Shown here piece by piece: positions 20,367-31,269 of a stretch of DNA of 64,000 nucleotides. Source of the DNA: an uncultured Gammaproteobacteria bacterium (lineage in GTDB: Bacteria > Pseudomonadota > Gammaproteobacteria > Steroidobacterales > Steroidobacteraceae). The position numbers and the translations under genes are program-made. The notes under the pieces were generated by a model, which searched no databases, was not told the origin of the DNA, and saw nothing but the letters and a program-made list of their open reading frames with translations. Within the stretch, counting starts at the first letter, position 1; every line of letters starts with the position of its first letter. The stretch spans positions 66,065 through 130,064 of the forward strand of contig CAWIIM010000003.1 of assembly GCA_963836275.1 (NCBI GenBank), read 5' to 3'.

Positions 20367-21377
20367 ATGCGCATCAACACCGACCAGGTCGCAGCCACGC
20401 TGCACAAAGGCCTGGCGCCCCTGTGGCTCATCGCCGGCGACGAAGTGCTGCTGACCGGCGAGGCAGCGGACCGGGTGCGCGCGCGCGCGCGCGGGGACGG
20501 ATTCACGGGCCGCGAGCTTTTCGTCACCGGGCGCGGTTTCGACTGGTCCGAAGTCACGGCGGCGAGTCGCACGTTGTCGCTGTTCGCGGAGCGCCGCATC
20601 CTCGAAATCCGCATGCCGACGGCGCGTCCCGGCAAGGATGGCGGCGCTGCGCTTGCGGCGCTCGCCGCGGATCCCGGGCCCGGCAATCTCGTGTTGGTCG
20701 TAACGGCGCGGCCTGAAAGGGAAGCCTGGTCGAGCGCCTGGCTGAAGGCCTTCGAGAGGAATGGCGTGTTCGTGCAGTCCTGGCCCGTGGACATCGCGAA
20801 GCTCCCGCAATGGATCGCCGAGCGCGGCTCGAAGCTCGGCCTCGCCTTCGAACGGGGAGCCGCGGCGCTCCTGGCCGAACGCGTCGAGGGCAACCTGCTG
20901 GCGGCGCAGCAGGAGATCGACAAGCTTGCGCTGTTCGTGCCCGGCGGCAGCGTCTCGATCGAGGCCGTGCAGGCCGCCGTCGCCAACAGCTCTCGCTACG
21001 ACGTCTTCCAGCTCGGTGAAGCCGCGCTCGCAGGGGATGCGCCGCGCTCGCTGCGCATCCTCGACGGCCTGCGCGCCGAGGGCGCCGAGCCGCCGCTCGT
21101 GCTCTGGGCGCTCTGCCGGGAGCTGCGCGCGCTCGCCGACGCGCGCAAGGGCATCCAGAGGAAATCCTACGGTGCCGCCGCAGAGCGCCACGCGACGCTG
21201 GTCGCCCGTGCCGCGAAGCGCACGGCCCGCCGGCCCATCGAACCCTGGTTTGCCGCCGCCGCGCACATCGACCGCCAGGTGAAGGGCCAGGCGCGGGGCA
21301 AGGCGTGGACTTCGCTCACCGCGCTGGTGGCCGAACTCTCGGGCGCAAAGCGCGACTTTGCGCCGCCGCGCGACTGA
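20367..21377 (+). CDS. holA: DNA polymerase III subunit delta
   Basis: 336 aa, ...APLWLIAGDEVLL..., followed by nadD-rsfS-rlmH, the conserved neighbourhood of holA. Confidence 0.85.
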   Translation: MRINTDQVAATLHKGLAPLWLIAGDEVLLTGEAADRVRARARGDGFTGRELFVTGRGFDWSEVTAASRTLSLFAERRILEIRMPTARPGKDGGAALAALAADPGPGNLVLVVTARPEREAWSSAWLKAFERNGVFVQSWPVDIAKLPQWIAERGSKLGLAFERGAAALLAERVEGNLLAAQQEIDKLALFVPGGSVSIEAVQAAVANSSRYDVFQLGEAALAGDAPRSLRILDGLRAEGAEPPLVLWALCRELRALADARKGIQRKSYGAAAERHATLVARAAKRTARRPIEPWFAAAAHIDRQVKGQARGKAWTSLTALVAELSGAKRDFAPPRD

Positions 21378-21389
21378 CCCGCCCTGGCG

Positions 21390-22043
21390 ATGCGCCCGGT
21401 CGGCCTCTTCGGCGGGATGTTCGATCCCATCCACTACGGGCACCTGCGCACGGCCCACGAGATATGCGAGCTGCTCGGCCTCGAGCGCGTCGCTTTCCTG
21501 CCGGCGGGCGACCCGCCGCACCGCGCGGCGCCGCTCGCGGACGCCGCCACCCGGGCGGCGATCGTCAGGGCGGCGATCGCCGACGACCCGCGTTTCGTCG
21601 TCGACGATCGGGAACTCCGCCGCGGCGGGCCGTCCTACACGATCCTCACGCTCGAGGAGATGCGCGTCGAGCGCGGCGCGCAGCCCATCGCGATGATCGT
21701 GGGCATGGATGCTTTCGCCGGGATCGAGAGCTGGCACCGCGCCCGGGAAATCGTGCATTTCGCGCACATTGTCATCGCACGCCGCCCGGCGGCTTCGCTG
21801 CCGGCCGGCGGGCTGGCCGGGGAGCTCCTGCGCACGCGGCGCTGCGACGACCCGGCGCGGCTGGCCGAGGCGCCGTCCGGCCACGTGCTGGTGAGCGAGA
21901 ACACCGAGATCGACCTGTCTTCGAGCGCCGTCCGGGCGGTGGTTGCGGCCGGCCGCGACCCGCGCTACTTGATGCCCGAGGCGGCGCGTAGGATCATCCT
22001 CGCCACGGGCAGTTACGCCCGGCCAGGTGAAAAGAAGGAATGA
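21390..22043 (+). CDS. nadD: Nicotinate-nucleotide adenylyltransferase
   Basis: GLFGGMFDPIHYGHL (H/TxGH motif), ...SSSAVR... Confidence 0.9.
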   Translation: MRPVGLFGGMFDPIHYGHLRTAHEICELLGLERVAFLPAGDPPHRAAPLADAATRAAIVRAAIADDPRFVVDDRELRRGGPSYTILTLEEMRVERGAQPIAMIVGMDAFAGIESWHRAREIVHFAHIVIARRPAASLPAGGLAGELLRTRRCDDPARLAEAPSGHVLVSENTEIDLSSSAVRAVVAAGRDPRYLMPEAARRIILATGSYARPGEKKE

Positions 22044-22447
22044 CCGTCCCGAGACCGAAGAGGAAACGCACCGCCACCGCCACCAAGAAGACCAGGACCG
22101 GACCTGGCGCCTTGACGAAGATCGCAGTCGCCGCGCTCGCCGACATGAAGGCCGTCAACGTGAAGGTCCTCGACGTGAGGAAGCTCACGGACGTGGCCGA
22201 CACGATGATCGTCGCCACCGGCAATTCGGACCGGCACGTGAAATCCATCGCCGACCGGCTGATCGAGCGCTGTCGCGAGGCGGGTCAACGCGCCTACGGC
22301 GTCGAGGGCAAGCAGGAAGGGGAGTGGGTGCTGGTGGACCTGCAGGATCTCATCGTGCACGTGATGCTGCCGCGCATCCGCGAGTTCTATGCGCTCGAGA
22401 AGCTCTGGGACCTGCGCCCCGCGCAGCGGGAACCCAGCGTCGCCTGA
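22040..22447 (+). CDS. rsfS: Ribosomal silencing factor RsfS
   Basis: ...VLDVRKLTDVADTMIVATGNSDRHVKSIA...GEWVLVDLQDLIVHVM..REFYALEKLW. ATGA overlap with nadD. Confidence 0.9.
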   Translation: MTVPRPKRKRTATATKKTRTGPGALTKIAVAALADMKAVNVKVLDVRKLTDVADTMIVATGNSDRHVKSIADRLIERCREAGQRAYGVEGKQEGEWVLVDLQDLIVHVMLPRIREFYALEKLWDLRPAQREPSVA

Positions 22448-22456
22448 GACCCGTCC

Positions 22457-22888
22457 GTGAAGATCCGGCTCATCGCGGCCGGCACCCGCCTGCCTGCCTG
22501 GATCGACGCCGGAGTTGCCGAGTACGCGAAGCGTTTCGGGCACGGACTCAGGTTCGAGCTCGTCGAGATTGCGCTCGCACGCGAGGCGGTGCGGATGCGC
22601 GCGGCCATCGGACGCTCGGACTACGTTGTCGCGCTGGCGGTGGACGGGCGCTCGATGACGACGGCCGCGCTCGCCCAGTGGCTGGAGGCGCGCATGGGTG
22701 GCGGCAAGGACCTCGCATTCCTGGTCGGCGGGCCCGACGGCCTCGATCCGGCGCTGGCACGCGCTGCCGACTTCCGCTGGTCGCTGTCGCCGCTCACCTT
22801 TCCGCATGGACTCGTACGGGTGATGGTCGCCGAACAGCTCTACCGCGCTCACAGCCTGCTGGCGCGACACCCCTATCATCGCGCCTGA
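22457..22888 (+). CDS. rlmH: 23S rRNA (pseudouridine1915-N3)-methyltransferase RlmH
   Basis: (V)KIRLIAAGTRLPAWIDAGVAEYAKR..., C-terminus ...EQLYRAHSLLARHPYHR. GTG start. Confidence 0.88.
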   Translation: MKIRLIAAGTRLPAWIDAGVAEYAKRFGHGLRFELVEIALAREAVRMRAAIGRSDYVVALAVDGRSMTTAALAQWLEARMGGGKDLAFLVGGPDGLDPALARAADFRWSLSPLTFPHGLVRVMVAEQLYRAHSLLARHPYHRA

Positions 22889-22919
22889 AGAGAGGCCCAT
22901 AAGCTATCCTCGCGCTGCC

Positions 22920-23555
22920 ATGGGTTATGACGCGATCGTGCTGGCGTCGGCGTCTGCGCGCCGCAGCCAGTTGCTGCACCAGATCGGCGTCAGGCACCGT
23001 GTTGCCGCGCCGGACATTGACGAGCGCACGCTGGCCGGCGAGCAGCCGGCCGACTACGTGCTGCGCCTCGCCGCCAGCAAGGCGCGCGCCGCCGTCCTGG
23101 CGGCAGGCGGACAGCCGGACGTTCCGGTTCTCGCTGCCGATACCACCGTGGTGCTCGGCACCCGCATGTTCGGCAAGCCCGTTGACGAGGCGGGCTGCGT
23201 CGAGATGCTCAGGGCGCTTGCCGGCCGCACCCACGAGGTCATGACCGCGGTGGCCCTGTGGCAGCCTGGCCGGCTGCAACAGGCACGCAGCACGAGTCTC
23301 GTCACGTTCCGCGCGATCGCGGATGACGAGTGCCGCCGCTACTGGGCGAGCGGGGAGCCTGCGGGCAAGGCCGGGGCGTATGCCATCCAGGGCCTCGGCG
23401 CCATCTTCGTCGAGCGCCTTGAAGGAAGTTTCTCCGGAGTGATGGGGCTGCCGCTGTTCGAAACGGCGCTGCTGCTCGACGCCGCGGGCGTGCGTCGCTG
23501 GCAGTCGCCGTCGGCGGCCGGAACGCCGTCCGCGCCGGCCTTGTCCAAATGCTGA
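22920..23555 (+). CDS. maf: Maf-like nucleoside-triphosphate pyrophosphatase
   Basis: IVLASASARRSQLL...GKAGAYAIQG... Confidence 0.88.
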   Translation: MGYDAIVLASASARRSQLLHQIGVRHRVAAPDIDERTLAGEQPADYVLRLAASKARAAVLAAGGQPDVPVLAADTTVVLGTRMFGKPVDEAGCVEMLRALAGRTHEVMTAVALWQPGRLQQARSTSLVTFRAIADDECRRYWASGEPAGKAGAYAIQGLGAIFVERLEGSFSGVMGLPLFETALLLDAAGVRRWQSPSAAGTPSAPALSKC

Positions 23556-23577
23556 GCCCCCCATCCGGCGTTTTCGC

Positions 23578-26500
23578 ATGAGTTCCTGGACCCCGTGGCT
23601 GCATCGACTGTGGCGCTGGACAGCCGGCCTCGCCGGCCTCGCGGCGCTGCTGCTCGCGCTCGGGATCGGCGCCTTTCGCCTTGCGATCGACCTGCTGCCG
23701 GGCTACCAGGAGCGGATCGTCGCACGCGTGCACGAGGCGACGGGCCTCACGCTCAAGTTCGATTCCGTGTACGCGCGCATCGGCCGCTACGGCCCCGAGA
23801 TCGTCTTCCGCGGCGCTCGGGTCCTCCCGGACTCGGGTGATGCGCCCCTGGTCACGGCGGCGGCGGGCCGCGTGAGCCTTTCGATCCCGCGCTCGATCTG
23901 GTACCGCCGCCTGGAGGTGGCGCGCGTGTCGTTCGTGCGACCGCGCCTCAATTTCGTGATCACGCCGGACGGGCGAATCCGCCTCGTCGGGCAATCGGCG
24001 CTCGAGCGCCCGGACGCCGCGCAGGCGCCGATGACGCTCGCCCGCTTCCCGCGCGGCCACTTTGCAGTGACCGACGCGGTGCTCGACGTCCTCGACCTGC
24101 GCGCCAGGCAGGGCCGCTTCCAGCTCACCGGCGCCAATCTCGATGTCGTGCGCAAGGGCGACGACATCAGCCTGGCCGGGCGCGTCGACCTGCCCGAACA
24201 CCTCGGCGCCTTCATCGACCTCGATGCCGAGGCAAGCGGCGACCTGGCGGACTCGTCCGCGGTCGACTGGCGCGCGCACGTGGACGCGCGCGACCTCGAC
24301 CTGGCCCAGTGGGCTGCGCTGCTGCCCGACAGCTTCCACGTCCCGACTGCCGGGCATGGTTCGATCCGGGCCTCGCTGCGCGGTCGGGGAAACAGCGTCA
24401 CGAGCCTGCGCGTGCAGCCGGACTTCGAGAACCTGCGCCCCGCCGGTGCCGACGAATCGTTCTCGCGCATCGCCGGCGACATTCGCGTGCAGCGCGAAGG
24501 CGCCACGATATCGCTCGAGGCATCCGGGCTCGAGCTGTCGCGGCCCGGCGCGCCGTGGCGCCCGACCGGCCTCGAGGCGCGCCTGACGCGCAAGGATGGC
24601 CGAATCGCCACTGTGGCGGCGCGCGCCGACTACCTGCGGGTCGAGAATCTGGCCGCGCTCGCGATTGCGCTTCCGCCAGGCACGCTGCGCGACCGCATCG
24701 TCGCGCTGTCGCCGCGCGGCGAGCTCTATGGGTTGGACATGACGGTTGCGGACGCAGGCGACGGGCGCCTGCCGGACATCACAGGTCGGCTGCGGTTCGT
24801 GAATGCAGGCTTTGCGCCGTACGGACGGGCGGCCGGCATCACCGGCTTCGACGGGGAGATCGAGGGCAACGGCGGCAGCGGCGTCGTGCAGCTCGCCACT
24901 CGCGACGCGACGCTCGACTGGCCGCAGCAGTGGCGTGCGCCGGCCACGGTCCTGCGTGCGGACGGCCGGCTCGGCTGGCAGCGCTTCGACACCGGCGTGC
25001 GGCTCTGGGGCGACGATGTCTTCGCCGACAGTGGCCACGGCGTCGCACGCGGCAAGGTCCGGCTTCTGCTGCGCCCGGGCGAACTGCCCCTCATGGACGT
25101 GAAAGCCACCGCCGAGAATTTCGACGTGACGCAACTCTGGCGCTACCTGCAGACCGGCCGGCTTTCGCCGAAGACGATCCGCTGGCTCGATGCCGCGTTT
25201 AAGTCCGGCCGCGTCACGCAGGCGGCGGTGACGATCACGGGACCGACCCAGGGCTTCCCGTACCGCGAGGGCCAGGGCGTATTCCGGGCCACCGGCCACG
25301 CCAGCGGCATCCGGCTTTTCTTCGCCGCCGGCTGGCCGGAGTTGCAGGGCGTCGAGTCGGATTTCGATTTCGCCGGGCCGGCGCTGCACGCGGTCGCGAG
25401 CCGCGGCAGCATCGGCGGCGTGCCATTCACCGACGCGGAGGTGCAGAGCGGCGACTTGCGCGAGGCAATCTTCGCCGCGCGCGGCCGCAGCGAGACCGAT
25501 GCGGGCCGCGCGATCCGCATGCTGCAGTCGACGCCGCTCGCCCCCTCCTTCGGCACCTTGTTTGCGGACCTGGCGGGCAGCGGCCCGGTGACGGCCGAGG
25601 TCGCGATGGTGCTGCCGATCAAGCAGTTCGACCGGCGCGTCGTCACCGTGATGGCAAGCCTCCAGGGCGTTGCGCTGCGCCAGCGGGCGCAGCCCTGGGA
25701 GGCAACGGACATCAGCGGCGACCTCTGGGTGCGAAATCGCGAAATCGAGGCGCCCGCGCTCGCAGGCCGGACGCTCGGCGGCCGCTGGCAGGCTTCCATC
25801 TCGACCAGCCGGCAGCCGGGCGGAAACCTGCGCACCGTGGTCACCGGCCAGGGAAACCTGCAGGGCAACGCATTGCAGCCGATCGCGCGGCTTCCGGACA
25901 ACGCCGGGATCGCCGGCAGTGCGCAATGGCACGGCACGCTCGACGTCGAACGCAACGCGGACCCCCGGGTGCCGGCCCGCGGGACCGTGCGGATCTCGAG
26001 CGACCTGCGCGGCCTTGGCTCGTCGCTGCCCGAGCCATTCGGCAAGCCGGCCGAAAGCCAGCGTCCGCTCGAGCTCGTCGCGAGTTTCGACGGTGCCGGC
26101 GGGCCGCGAATCGAAGGCAGGCTAGGCCGCGACGTCCACGCTCTCCTGCAGTGGCGCGCGCAGCCGGGTGGCGTGCCGGTCGAGCGCGGCGCCATCGCTT
26201 TTGGACGCGATGCGCCCCTCGCCATGCCGAAGGACCCGGGCCTCTGGCTCAGCGGGCATCTCGAAACGGCGAGCCTCACGAAGATCCTGGACCTCGAGTG
26301 GAGCGAGCCGCACGGCCGGCCGATCCAGGAATGGCTCGCCGGCGCCGACCTCTCGATCGACCGCTTCGAGGCGATCGGGTACGAATTCGCGAACCTGAGC
26401 GGCCGGTTGCGACCCGGCAACCGCGCCTGGGAGGTCACCGTGAACGGCGAGTCCATCTCCGGCCGCCTGGTCGTGCCATTCAGCTTTCCCGGCGAAGTGC

Positions 26501-27426
26501 CGATGGTGCTGGACCTCGACCGCCTGCACCTGGGCGAGCGTGCGACCGGGCTCGCGCCGCGTCCGGACCCGGATCCGCGCAAGCTCCCTGCCATCCGCGT
26601 GAATCTTGGCGACTTCGTGGCGGACCAACGCCAATTCGGCCGGGTCGAGGCGGAACTCTCGCGCGGTACGGCAGGCATCACGCTCAACCGGTTCACGATG
26701 ACGCATCCGGCCTTTGCCGCTGAAGGGAGCGGCAGCTGGCTGGTGCGGGGCGACGTCGCGGGTTGCAGCCTCGATTTCGATGCCACCACCTCGAACGTGA
26801 AGGATTTCATGACCGCGATGCAACTCGGCTCGCAGGTGGAGGGCGAAAAAGGCCATATCTCCGCGCACCTGACCTGGCCCGGGGCGCCCGAAGCGAGCGC
26901 AATCGAGCGGCTCTCGGGCCAGCTCGAGCTCTCCGCCGCCAACGGCCAGCTCACCTCCGTCGAGCCGGGCGCGGGCCGCGTGTTCGGCCTCATGAGTCTC
27001 TCGCACCTGAAGCGCCGGCTGGCGCTCGACTTCAACGACCTGACCGGCGAGGGACTGTCGTTCGACACGCTGCGCGGCAGCTTCAGCCTGGCGGACGGGG
27101 ACGCCTATACCGACAACCTGACCCTGCGCGGCTCTGCGGCCGAGATCGGCATTGCCGGCCACACCAGCCTGAAGCACCGCACCTATGACCAGACCGCGGT
27201 CGTCACCGGCCAGCTCGGCGCCTCGCTCGGCGTCGCCGGCGCGCTCGCCGGCGGCCCCGTTATCGGCGCGGCGCTGCTGCTGTTCTCGCAGGTATTCAAG
27301 GAGCCACTGCAGGGCGTGACGCGGGGCTACTATCGCATCACCGGAAGCTGGGATGATCCGCAGGTGAAGCGCATCGACGCCCGCGAGCTGAAGGACGATC
27401 GTCACGCCTCCCGGGGATCACCATGA
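23578..27426 (+). CDS. yhdP: YhdP/AsmA2-family large envelope protein
   Basis: 1282 aa with an N-terminal TM anchor and the C-terminal segment ...[23 protein letters not shown]...[12 protein letters not shown] typical of YhdP. maf-yhdP-(nitrilase)-tldD neighbourhood. Confidence 0.85.
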   Translation: MSSWTPWLHRLWRWTAGLAGLAALLLALGIGAFRLAIDLLPGYQERIVARVHEATGLTLKFDSVYARIGRYGPEIVFRGARVLPDSGDAPLVTAAAGRVSLSIPRSIWYRRLEVARVSFVRPRLNFVITPDGRIRLVGQSALERPDAAQAPMTLARFPRGHFAVTDAVLDVLDLRARQGRFQLTGANLDVVRKGDDISLAGRVDLPEHLGAFIDLDAEASGDLADSSAVDWRAHVDARDLDLAQWAALLPDSFHVPTAGHGSIRASLRGRGNSVTSLRVQPDFENLRPAGADESFSRIAGDIRVQREGATISLEASGLELSRPGAPWRPTGLEARLTRKDGRIATVAARADYLRVENLAALAIALPPGTLRDRIVALSPRGELYGLDMTVADAGDGRLPDITGRLRFVNAGFAPYGRAAGITGFDGEIEGNGGSGVVQLATRDATLDWPQQWRAPATVLRADGRLGWQRFDTGVRLWGDDVFADSGHGVARGKVRLLLRPGELPLMDVKATAENFDVTQLWRYLQTGRLSPKTIRWLDAAFKSGRVTQAAVTITGPTQGFPYREGQGVFRATGHASGIRLFFAAGWPELQGVESDFDFAGPALHAVASRGSIGGVPFTDAEVQSGDLREAIFAARGRSETDAGRAIRMLQSTPLAPSFGTLFADLAGSGPVTAEVAMVLPIKQFDRRVVTVMASLQGVALRQRAQPWEATDISGDLWVRNREIEAPALAGRTLGGRWQASISTSRQPGGNLRTVVTGQGNLQGNALQPIARLPDNAGIAGSAQWHGTLDVERNADPRVPARGTVRISSDLRGLGSSLPEPFGKPAESQRPLELVASFDGAGGPRIEGRLGRDVHALLQWRAQPGGVPVERGAIAFGRDAPLAMPKDPGLWLSGHLETASLTKILDLEWSEPHGRPIQEWLAGADLSIDRFEAIGYEFANLSGRLRPGNRAWEVTVNGESISGRLVVPFSFPGEVPMVLDLDRLHLGERATGLAPRPDPDPRKLPAIRVNLGDFVADQRQFGRVEAELSRGTAGITLNRFTMTHPAFAAEGSGSWLVRGDVAGCSLDFDATTSNVKDFMTAMQLGSQVEGEKGHISAHLTWPGAPEASAIERLSGQLELSAANGQLTSVEPGAGRVFGLMSLSHLKRRLALDFNDLTGEGLSFDTLRGSFSLADGDAYTDNLTLRGSAAEIGIAGHTSLKHRTYDQTAVVTGQLGASLGVAGALAGGPVIGAALLLFSQVFKEPLQGVTRGYYRITGSWDDPQVKRIDARELKDDRHASRGSP

Positions 27427-28247
27427 GCCAGCCCATCGTCGCCGCCGTGCAGATGACATCGCTTGCGGACGTCGCCGCCAACCTCGAGACGGTCGGCCGG
27501 CTGCTCCGGATCGCTCGCGATCGCGGCGCCTGCCTGGCGGTGCTGCCCGAGAATTTCTCCTTTATGGGCAGAAACGAGGCGGAACGGCGCGCCGTCGTCG
27601 AGCGCGACGGGGACGGACCCGCGCAGGCGGCGGTTTCGGCGCTCGCGCGCGAACTCGGGCTTTGGGTCGTCGCGGGGGCGCAGCCGATCGCCGTCGCCGG
27701 CGATTCGCGGCCCGCCAACGCCTGCATCGTCTACGACGCCGCGGGCAAGCGCGTGGCGCGTTACGACAAGATCCATCTGTTCGACGTGGACCTGCCGGGC
27801 GGGCGCGAGGGCTACCGCGAATCGGCCAACGCGAAGGCGGGCACGAAGCCGGTCCTGGTGGATACGCCGGCGGGCAGGCTGGGACTGACGGTGTGCTACG
27901 ATCTGCGCTTCCCGGAATTGTTCCGCCACCTCGTTGCCGAAGGAGCCGAGATCTTCAGCGTGCCATCCGCCTTCACGAGCCCCACGGGCCGCGCGCACTG
28001 GGAAACCCTGCTCCGGGCCCGGGCCATCGAAAATATCTGCTTCGTGATCGCTGCCGCGCAAAGCGGCCTGCACGACAGCAATCGCGAGACCTATGGCGAC
28101 AGCCTGATCGTCGACCATTGGGGCCGCGTGCTCGCGCGCCAGCCGCGCGGCAGCGGCGTGGTCGTGGCGGCGCTGGACAAGGCCGGCCAGCTGGAGGCCC
28201 GTGCGAGCTTTCCCGCACTCCGGCACCGGGTCCTCGCAAGCCCATGA
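27423..28247 (+). CDS. Carbon-nitrogen hydrolase (nitrilase superfamily)
   Basis: 274 aa: ...LAVLPENF..., ...KIHLFDV..., ...[14 protein letters not shown]... (catalytic E-K-C pattern). Confidence 0.85.
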   Translation: MSQPIVAAVQMTSLADVAANLETVGRLLRIARDRGACLAVLPENFSFMGRNEAERRAVVERDGDGPAQAAVSALARELGLWVVAGAQPIAVAGDSRPANACIVYDAAGKRVARYDKIHLFDVDLPGGREGYRESANAKAGTKPVLVDTPAGRLGLTVCYDLRFPELFRHLVAEGAEIFSVPSAFTSPTGRAHWETLLRARAIENICFVIAAAQSGLHDSNRETYGDSLIVDHWGRVLARQPRGSGVVVAALDKAGQLEARASFPALRHRVLASP

Positions 28248-29686
28248 CGACCGACGCGCTCGCCTGCGCCCGCGAACGCATCCTCGCTCCGTCCGGCCTC
28301 GACGACCGGCGGCTCGAGCAGGCGCTCGACTCCGTGCTCGGGGCGAGCGTGGACGCAGGCGACCTCTACTTCCAGCTTGCGCGCGAGGAGCACTGGGCGC
28401 TCGAGGACGGGATCGTCAAGGAAGGCAGCCACGGCATCGAACAGGGTGTCGGCGTTCGCGCCATGGCCGGCGAGCGCACGGGCTTCGCCTATTCCGACGA
28501 GGTCGTGCCGGCTGCGCTGCTCGAAGCGGCGCGCGCCGCGCGCGCGATCGCGCGCGAAGGCGGCAAGGGGCGGCTCCAGGCCTGGCATGCGACCGCGGCG
28601 CACCGGCTCTACCCGGTCGAGGACCCGATCTCGACCCTGGCCGACGCGGACAAGGTCGCGCTCCTGCAGGAACTCGATCGCCGAGCCCGCTCGCTTGACC
28701 CGCGCGTGAAGCAGGTGGTGGCGACCCTGGCCGCAATCCACGAGATCGTGCTGGTCGCCGCGAGCGACGGTACCCTCGCCGCCGACGTGCGCCCGCTCGT
28801 GCGGATGAACGTCTCGGTGATCGTCGAGCAGGACGGGCGCCGCGAGCAGGGCTATGCCGGAACCGGCGGGCGCTACTCGCTGCAGGAATTCGTCGCGGGC
28901 GAGAAGCCGCTGCGGCTCGCGCGCGAGGCCGTGCGCCAGGCGACCGTCAACCTTGAATCGGTTCCCGCGCCCGCGGGCACGATGACCGTCGTGCTCGGTC
29001 CGGGCTGGCCCGGCGTGCTGCTGCACGAGGCCGTCGGCCACGGCCTCGAGGGCGACTTCAACCGGCGCGGGACGTCCGCTTTCACGGGGCGCATCGGCCA
29101 GCGCGTGGCTTCGAGCCTCTGCACCGTGGTCGATGACGGCACGCTGGCCGGACGGCGCGGCTCGCTCAATATCGACGACGAGGGGACGCCGACTTCCTGC
29201 ACGACGCTGATCGAGAATGGCGTGTTGAAGGGCTACCTCCAGGACAAGCTGAACGCGCGCCTGATGGGCGCGAAACCGACCGGCAACGGGCGGCGCGAGT
29301 CCTTCGCGCACACGACCATGCCGCGCATGACGAATACTTACATGCTCGCCGGACCGCACGAGCCCGAGGAAATCATCCGTTCGGTAAAGCGCGGCCTGTA
29401 CGCGGTGAACTTCGGCGGCGGGCAGGTGGACATAACTTCCGGGAAATTCGTGTTCTCGGCGAGCGAGGCCTACCTCATCGAGGATGGCAGGGTGACGTCG
29501 CCGGTCAAGGGCGCGACACTGGTCGGCAACGGGCCGGACGTGCTGACGCGCGTCAGCATGGTCGGCAACGACCTCATGCTCGACGAGGGCATAGGCAGCT
29601 GCGGCAAGGACGGACAGACCGTGCCGGTCGGCGTCGGCCAGCCGACGCTCAAGGTCGACGCCTTGACGGTGGGCGGAACGGGCTGA
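28244..29686 (+). CDS. tldD: Metalloprotease TldD
   Basis: [14 protein letters not shown]...[21 protein letters not shown]...[13 protein letters not shown] (HExxxH). ATGA overlap with the upstream gene. Confidence 0.92.
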   Translation: MTTDALACARERILAPSGLDDRRLEQALDSVLGASVDAGDLYFQLAREEHWALEDGIVKEGSHGIEQGVGVRAMAGERTGFAYSDEVVPAALLEAARAARAIAREGGKGRLQAWHATAAHRLYPVEDPISTLADADKVALLQELDRRARSLDPRVKQVVATLAAIHEIVLVAASDGTLAADVRPLVRMNVSVIVEQDGRREQGYAGTGGRYSLQEFVAGEKPLRLAREAVRQATVNLESVPAPAGTMTVVLGPGWPGVLLHEAVGHGLEGDFNRRGTSAFTGRIGQRVASSLCTVVDDGTLAGRRGSLNIDDEGTPTSCTTLIENGVLKGYLQDKLNARLMGAKPTGNGRRESFAHTTMPRMTNTYMLAGPHEPEEIIRSVKRGLYAVNFGGGQVDITSGKFVFSASEAYLIEDGRVTSPVKGATLVGNGPDVLTRVSMVGNDLMLDEGIGSCGKDGQTVPVGVGQPTLKVDALTVGGTG

Positions 29687-29910
29687 TGCGCGTCGCGCGC
29701 CCGCTTTACGAGGCGCTACCGTACGCCTACGTCGCAATCGGCGTCGCTGCCGTCGGCGCATCGTTCGCATGGCGCGTCGTGGAATGGTCGGGCGTCCTCG
29801 CGCTTTTCGGCGTGGTTGCGATCGTCGGCGGGCTGGTGCTCGCGCTCCGGCGCCGGGATTACCGGATCCAGAAGCGCCACTACGGGGGCGAATTCGAAGG
29901 GGAGGAGTAG
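29686..29910 (+). CDS. Small hypothetical membrane protein (2 predicted TM helices)
   Basis: 74 aa with two hydrophobic stretches (YAYVAIGVAAVGASFAW, VLALFGVVAIVGGLVLAL). The start overlaps the tldD stop. No family recognised. Confidence 0.45.
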   Translation: MRVARPLYEALPYAYVAIGVAAVGASFAWRVVEWSGVLALFGVVAIVGGLVLALRRRDYRIQKRHYGGEFEGEE

Positions 29911-29918
29911 CCGCCAGC

Positions 29919-31232
29919 TCAGGCCGTGCCCGCGGCAGGGGCGGCGTCGCCGGCATCTTCCTGCGCGTCGGGCAGGTCTTCGCCGCCCGGCGCGGGCGTG
30001 CCGAGCGCCGGGTGATCGCCCGTCGTCTCCTGCGCATGGCCGCGCGCGCGCGCGGAGCGCTCGTCCAGGTACATGATCTCGTGCTTGCCGAGCACCACGA
30101 CGTCGCCGTCGTTCAGGTGATGCCGGCGCACGCGCTTGCTCTTTACGTACACGCCATTGGTGCTGTTGAGGTCCTCGAGGATGCTGCCGTCGGCAGTCGT
30201 CGTGATCTGGCAGTGGTGCCGGCTGACGTACTTGCTGTCGACCTGCACGTCATTGTCCACGGTGCGGCCGATGAGCAGCCGTCCGATGCGCAGCGCCCGC
30301 TCCTCGACGTGCTCGCCGCCGTGGGCGACGATGATGCGCGCGAGCACCTCGTCCCCGGATACCACACGCGCCGCCGGTGCCGGCCCGGAAACCCCGGCCC
30401 TCATGCGGCTGGTGCGCGCCGCGAATTCGACCCACTGCAATTCCTCGATCGCGGCGCGCAGCTCCTGTGCGCTGACCGCCGGCTGGCCGGTCGCGAAGGC
30501 GACCATGAGTGCGGTGTCGCAGAGCGTGTTGACGAGCCGCGGTACGCCGCCCGCATAGCGGTAGATGACCGGCAGCGTCTCGGGCACGAACAGCTGGCGG
30601 CCGTGCGCGCCCGCGACCTCGAGGCGGTGCAGGATGTAAGCCTCGGTTTCCTCCGGCGTGAGCGCCGTGAGGTGGAAGCGGAGCCGTATGCGCTGCACGA
30701 GCTGGATCAATTCCGGCGAATCGAGCTTCTCGTTGAGCTCCGGCTGGCCCGCCAGGATGATGCGCAGCACCTTTTCCTTGGTGGTCTCCACGCCGGACAG
30801 CAGGCGGATCTCCTCGAGCACGCGGTTGCTGAGGTTCTGCGCCTCGTCCACGATCAGCAGCACCTTGCGGCCGGAGGCGTACTGCTCCACCAGGAACTGG
30901 TTGAGCGTCGCGATCAGCTCGGCCTTGCGCATCTTGAACGGCGAGAAGCCGAACTGGACCAGCACGGCCTGCAGGAATTCGATCGGGGAGACCTGGGTCT
31001 GCGCGACCTGCGCGACCACCACGTCCTTCTCGAGCTCGCGCAGGAAAGTCTCGAGCAGGGTGGTCTTGCCGGAGCCGATCTCGCCCGTGATCACGACGAA
31101 GCCGTCGGTGAACCAGATCGTCGATTCCATGTACGCCTTGGCGCGCGCATGGTGCTTGGAGAGGTACAGGAACGCCGGGTCCGGGCTCAGCCGGAACGGC
31201 AACTCGTTCAGCTTGAAGTGATCCAGGTACAT
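29919..31232 (-). CDS. ExeA/MshM-like AAA+ ATPase fused to a C-terminal FHA domain
   Basis: N-terminus MYLDHFKLNELPFRLSPDPAFLY..., Walker A GEIGSGKTT, Walker B LLIVDEAQNL, ...ILAGQPEL... (ExeA/GspA-like AAA_22). The C-terminus (about nt 30030-30310) reads LLIGRTVDNDVQVDSKYVSRHHCQI...LEDLNSTNGVYVKSKRV..HHLNDGDVVVLG, an FHA signature. Confidence 0.8.
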   Translation of the reverse strand: MYLDHFKLNELPFRLSPDPAFLYLSKHHARAKAYMESTIWFTDGFVVITGEIGSGKTTLLETFLRELEKDVVVAQVAQTQVSPIEFLQAVLVQFGFSPFKMRKAELIATLNQFLVEQYASGRKVLLIVDEAQNLSNRVLEEIRLLSGVETTKEKVLRIILAGQPELNEKLDSPELIQLVQRIRLRFHLTALTPEETEAYILHRLEVAGAHGRQLFVPETLPVIYRYAGGVPRLVNTLCDTALMVAFATGQPAVSAQELRAAIEELQWVEFAARTSRMRAGVSGPAPAARVVSGDEVLARIIVAHGGEHVEERALRIGRLLIGRTVDNDVQVDSKYVSRHHCQITTTADGSILEDLNSTNGVYVKSKRVRRHHLNDGDVVVLGKHEIMYLDERSARARGHAQETTGDHPALGTPAPGGEDLPDAQEDAGDAAPAAGTA

Positions 31233-31269
31233 GGGGGCCTACAGGCTAGCACAGCGCAAGTGCCGGTCA

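Noticed and set aside
19140-21884. 914-aa minus-strand ORF
   Set aside because: It is antisense to the cytochrome c peroxidase gene, holA and nadD. No motifs are present.
23555-23578. Absence of rng (RNase G) between maf and yhdP
   Set aside because: This is a synteny difference from E. coli only. The 22-nt gap shows nothing is hidden here, and rng is presumably elsewhere in the genome.
23302-25932. 876-aa minus-strand ORF, together with 25143..27068 (641 aa) and 26122..27405 (427 aa)
   Set aside because: All are antisense to the 1282-aa YhdP gene, which is continuous and has the family C-terminal signature.
28091-30037. 648-aa minus-strand ORF
   Set aside because: It is antisense to tldD and the small membrane ORF. 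The translation is extremely Arg/Pro/Ala-rich.
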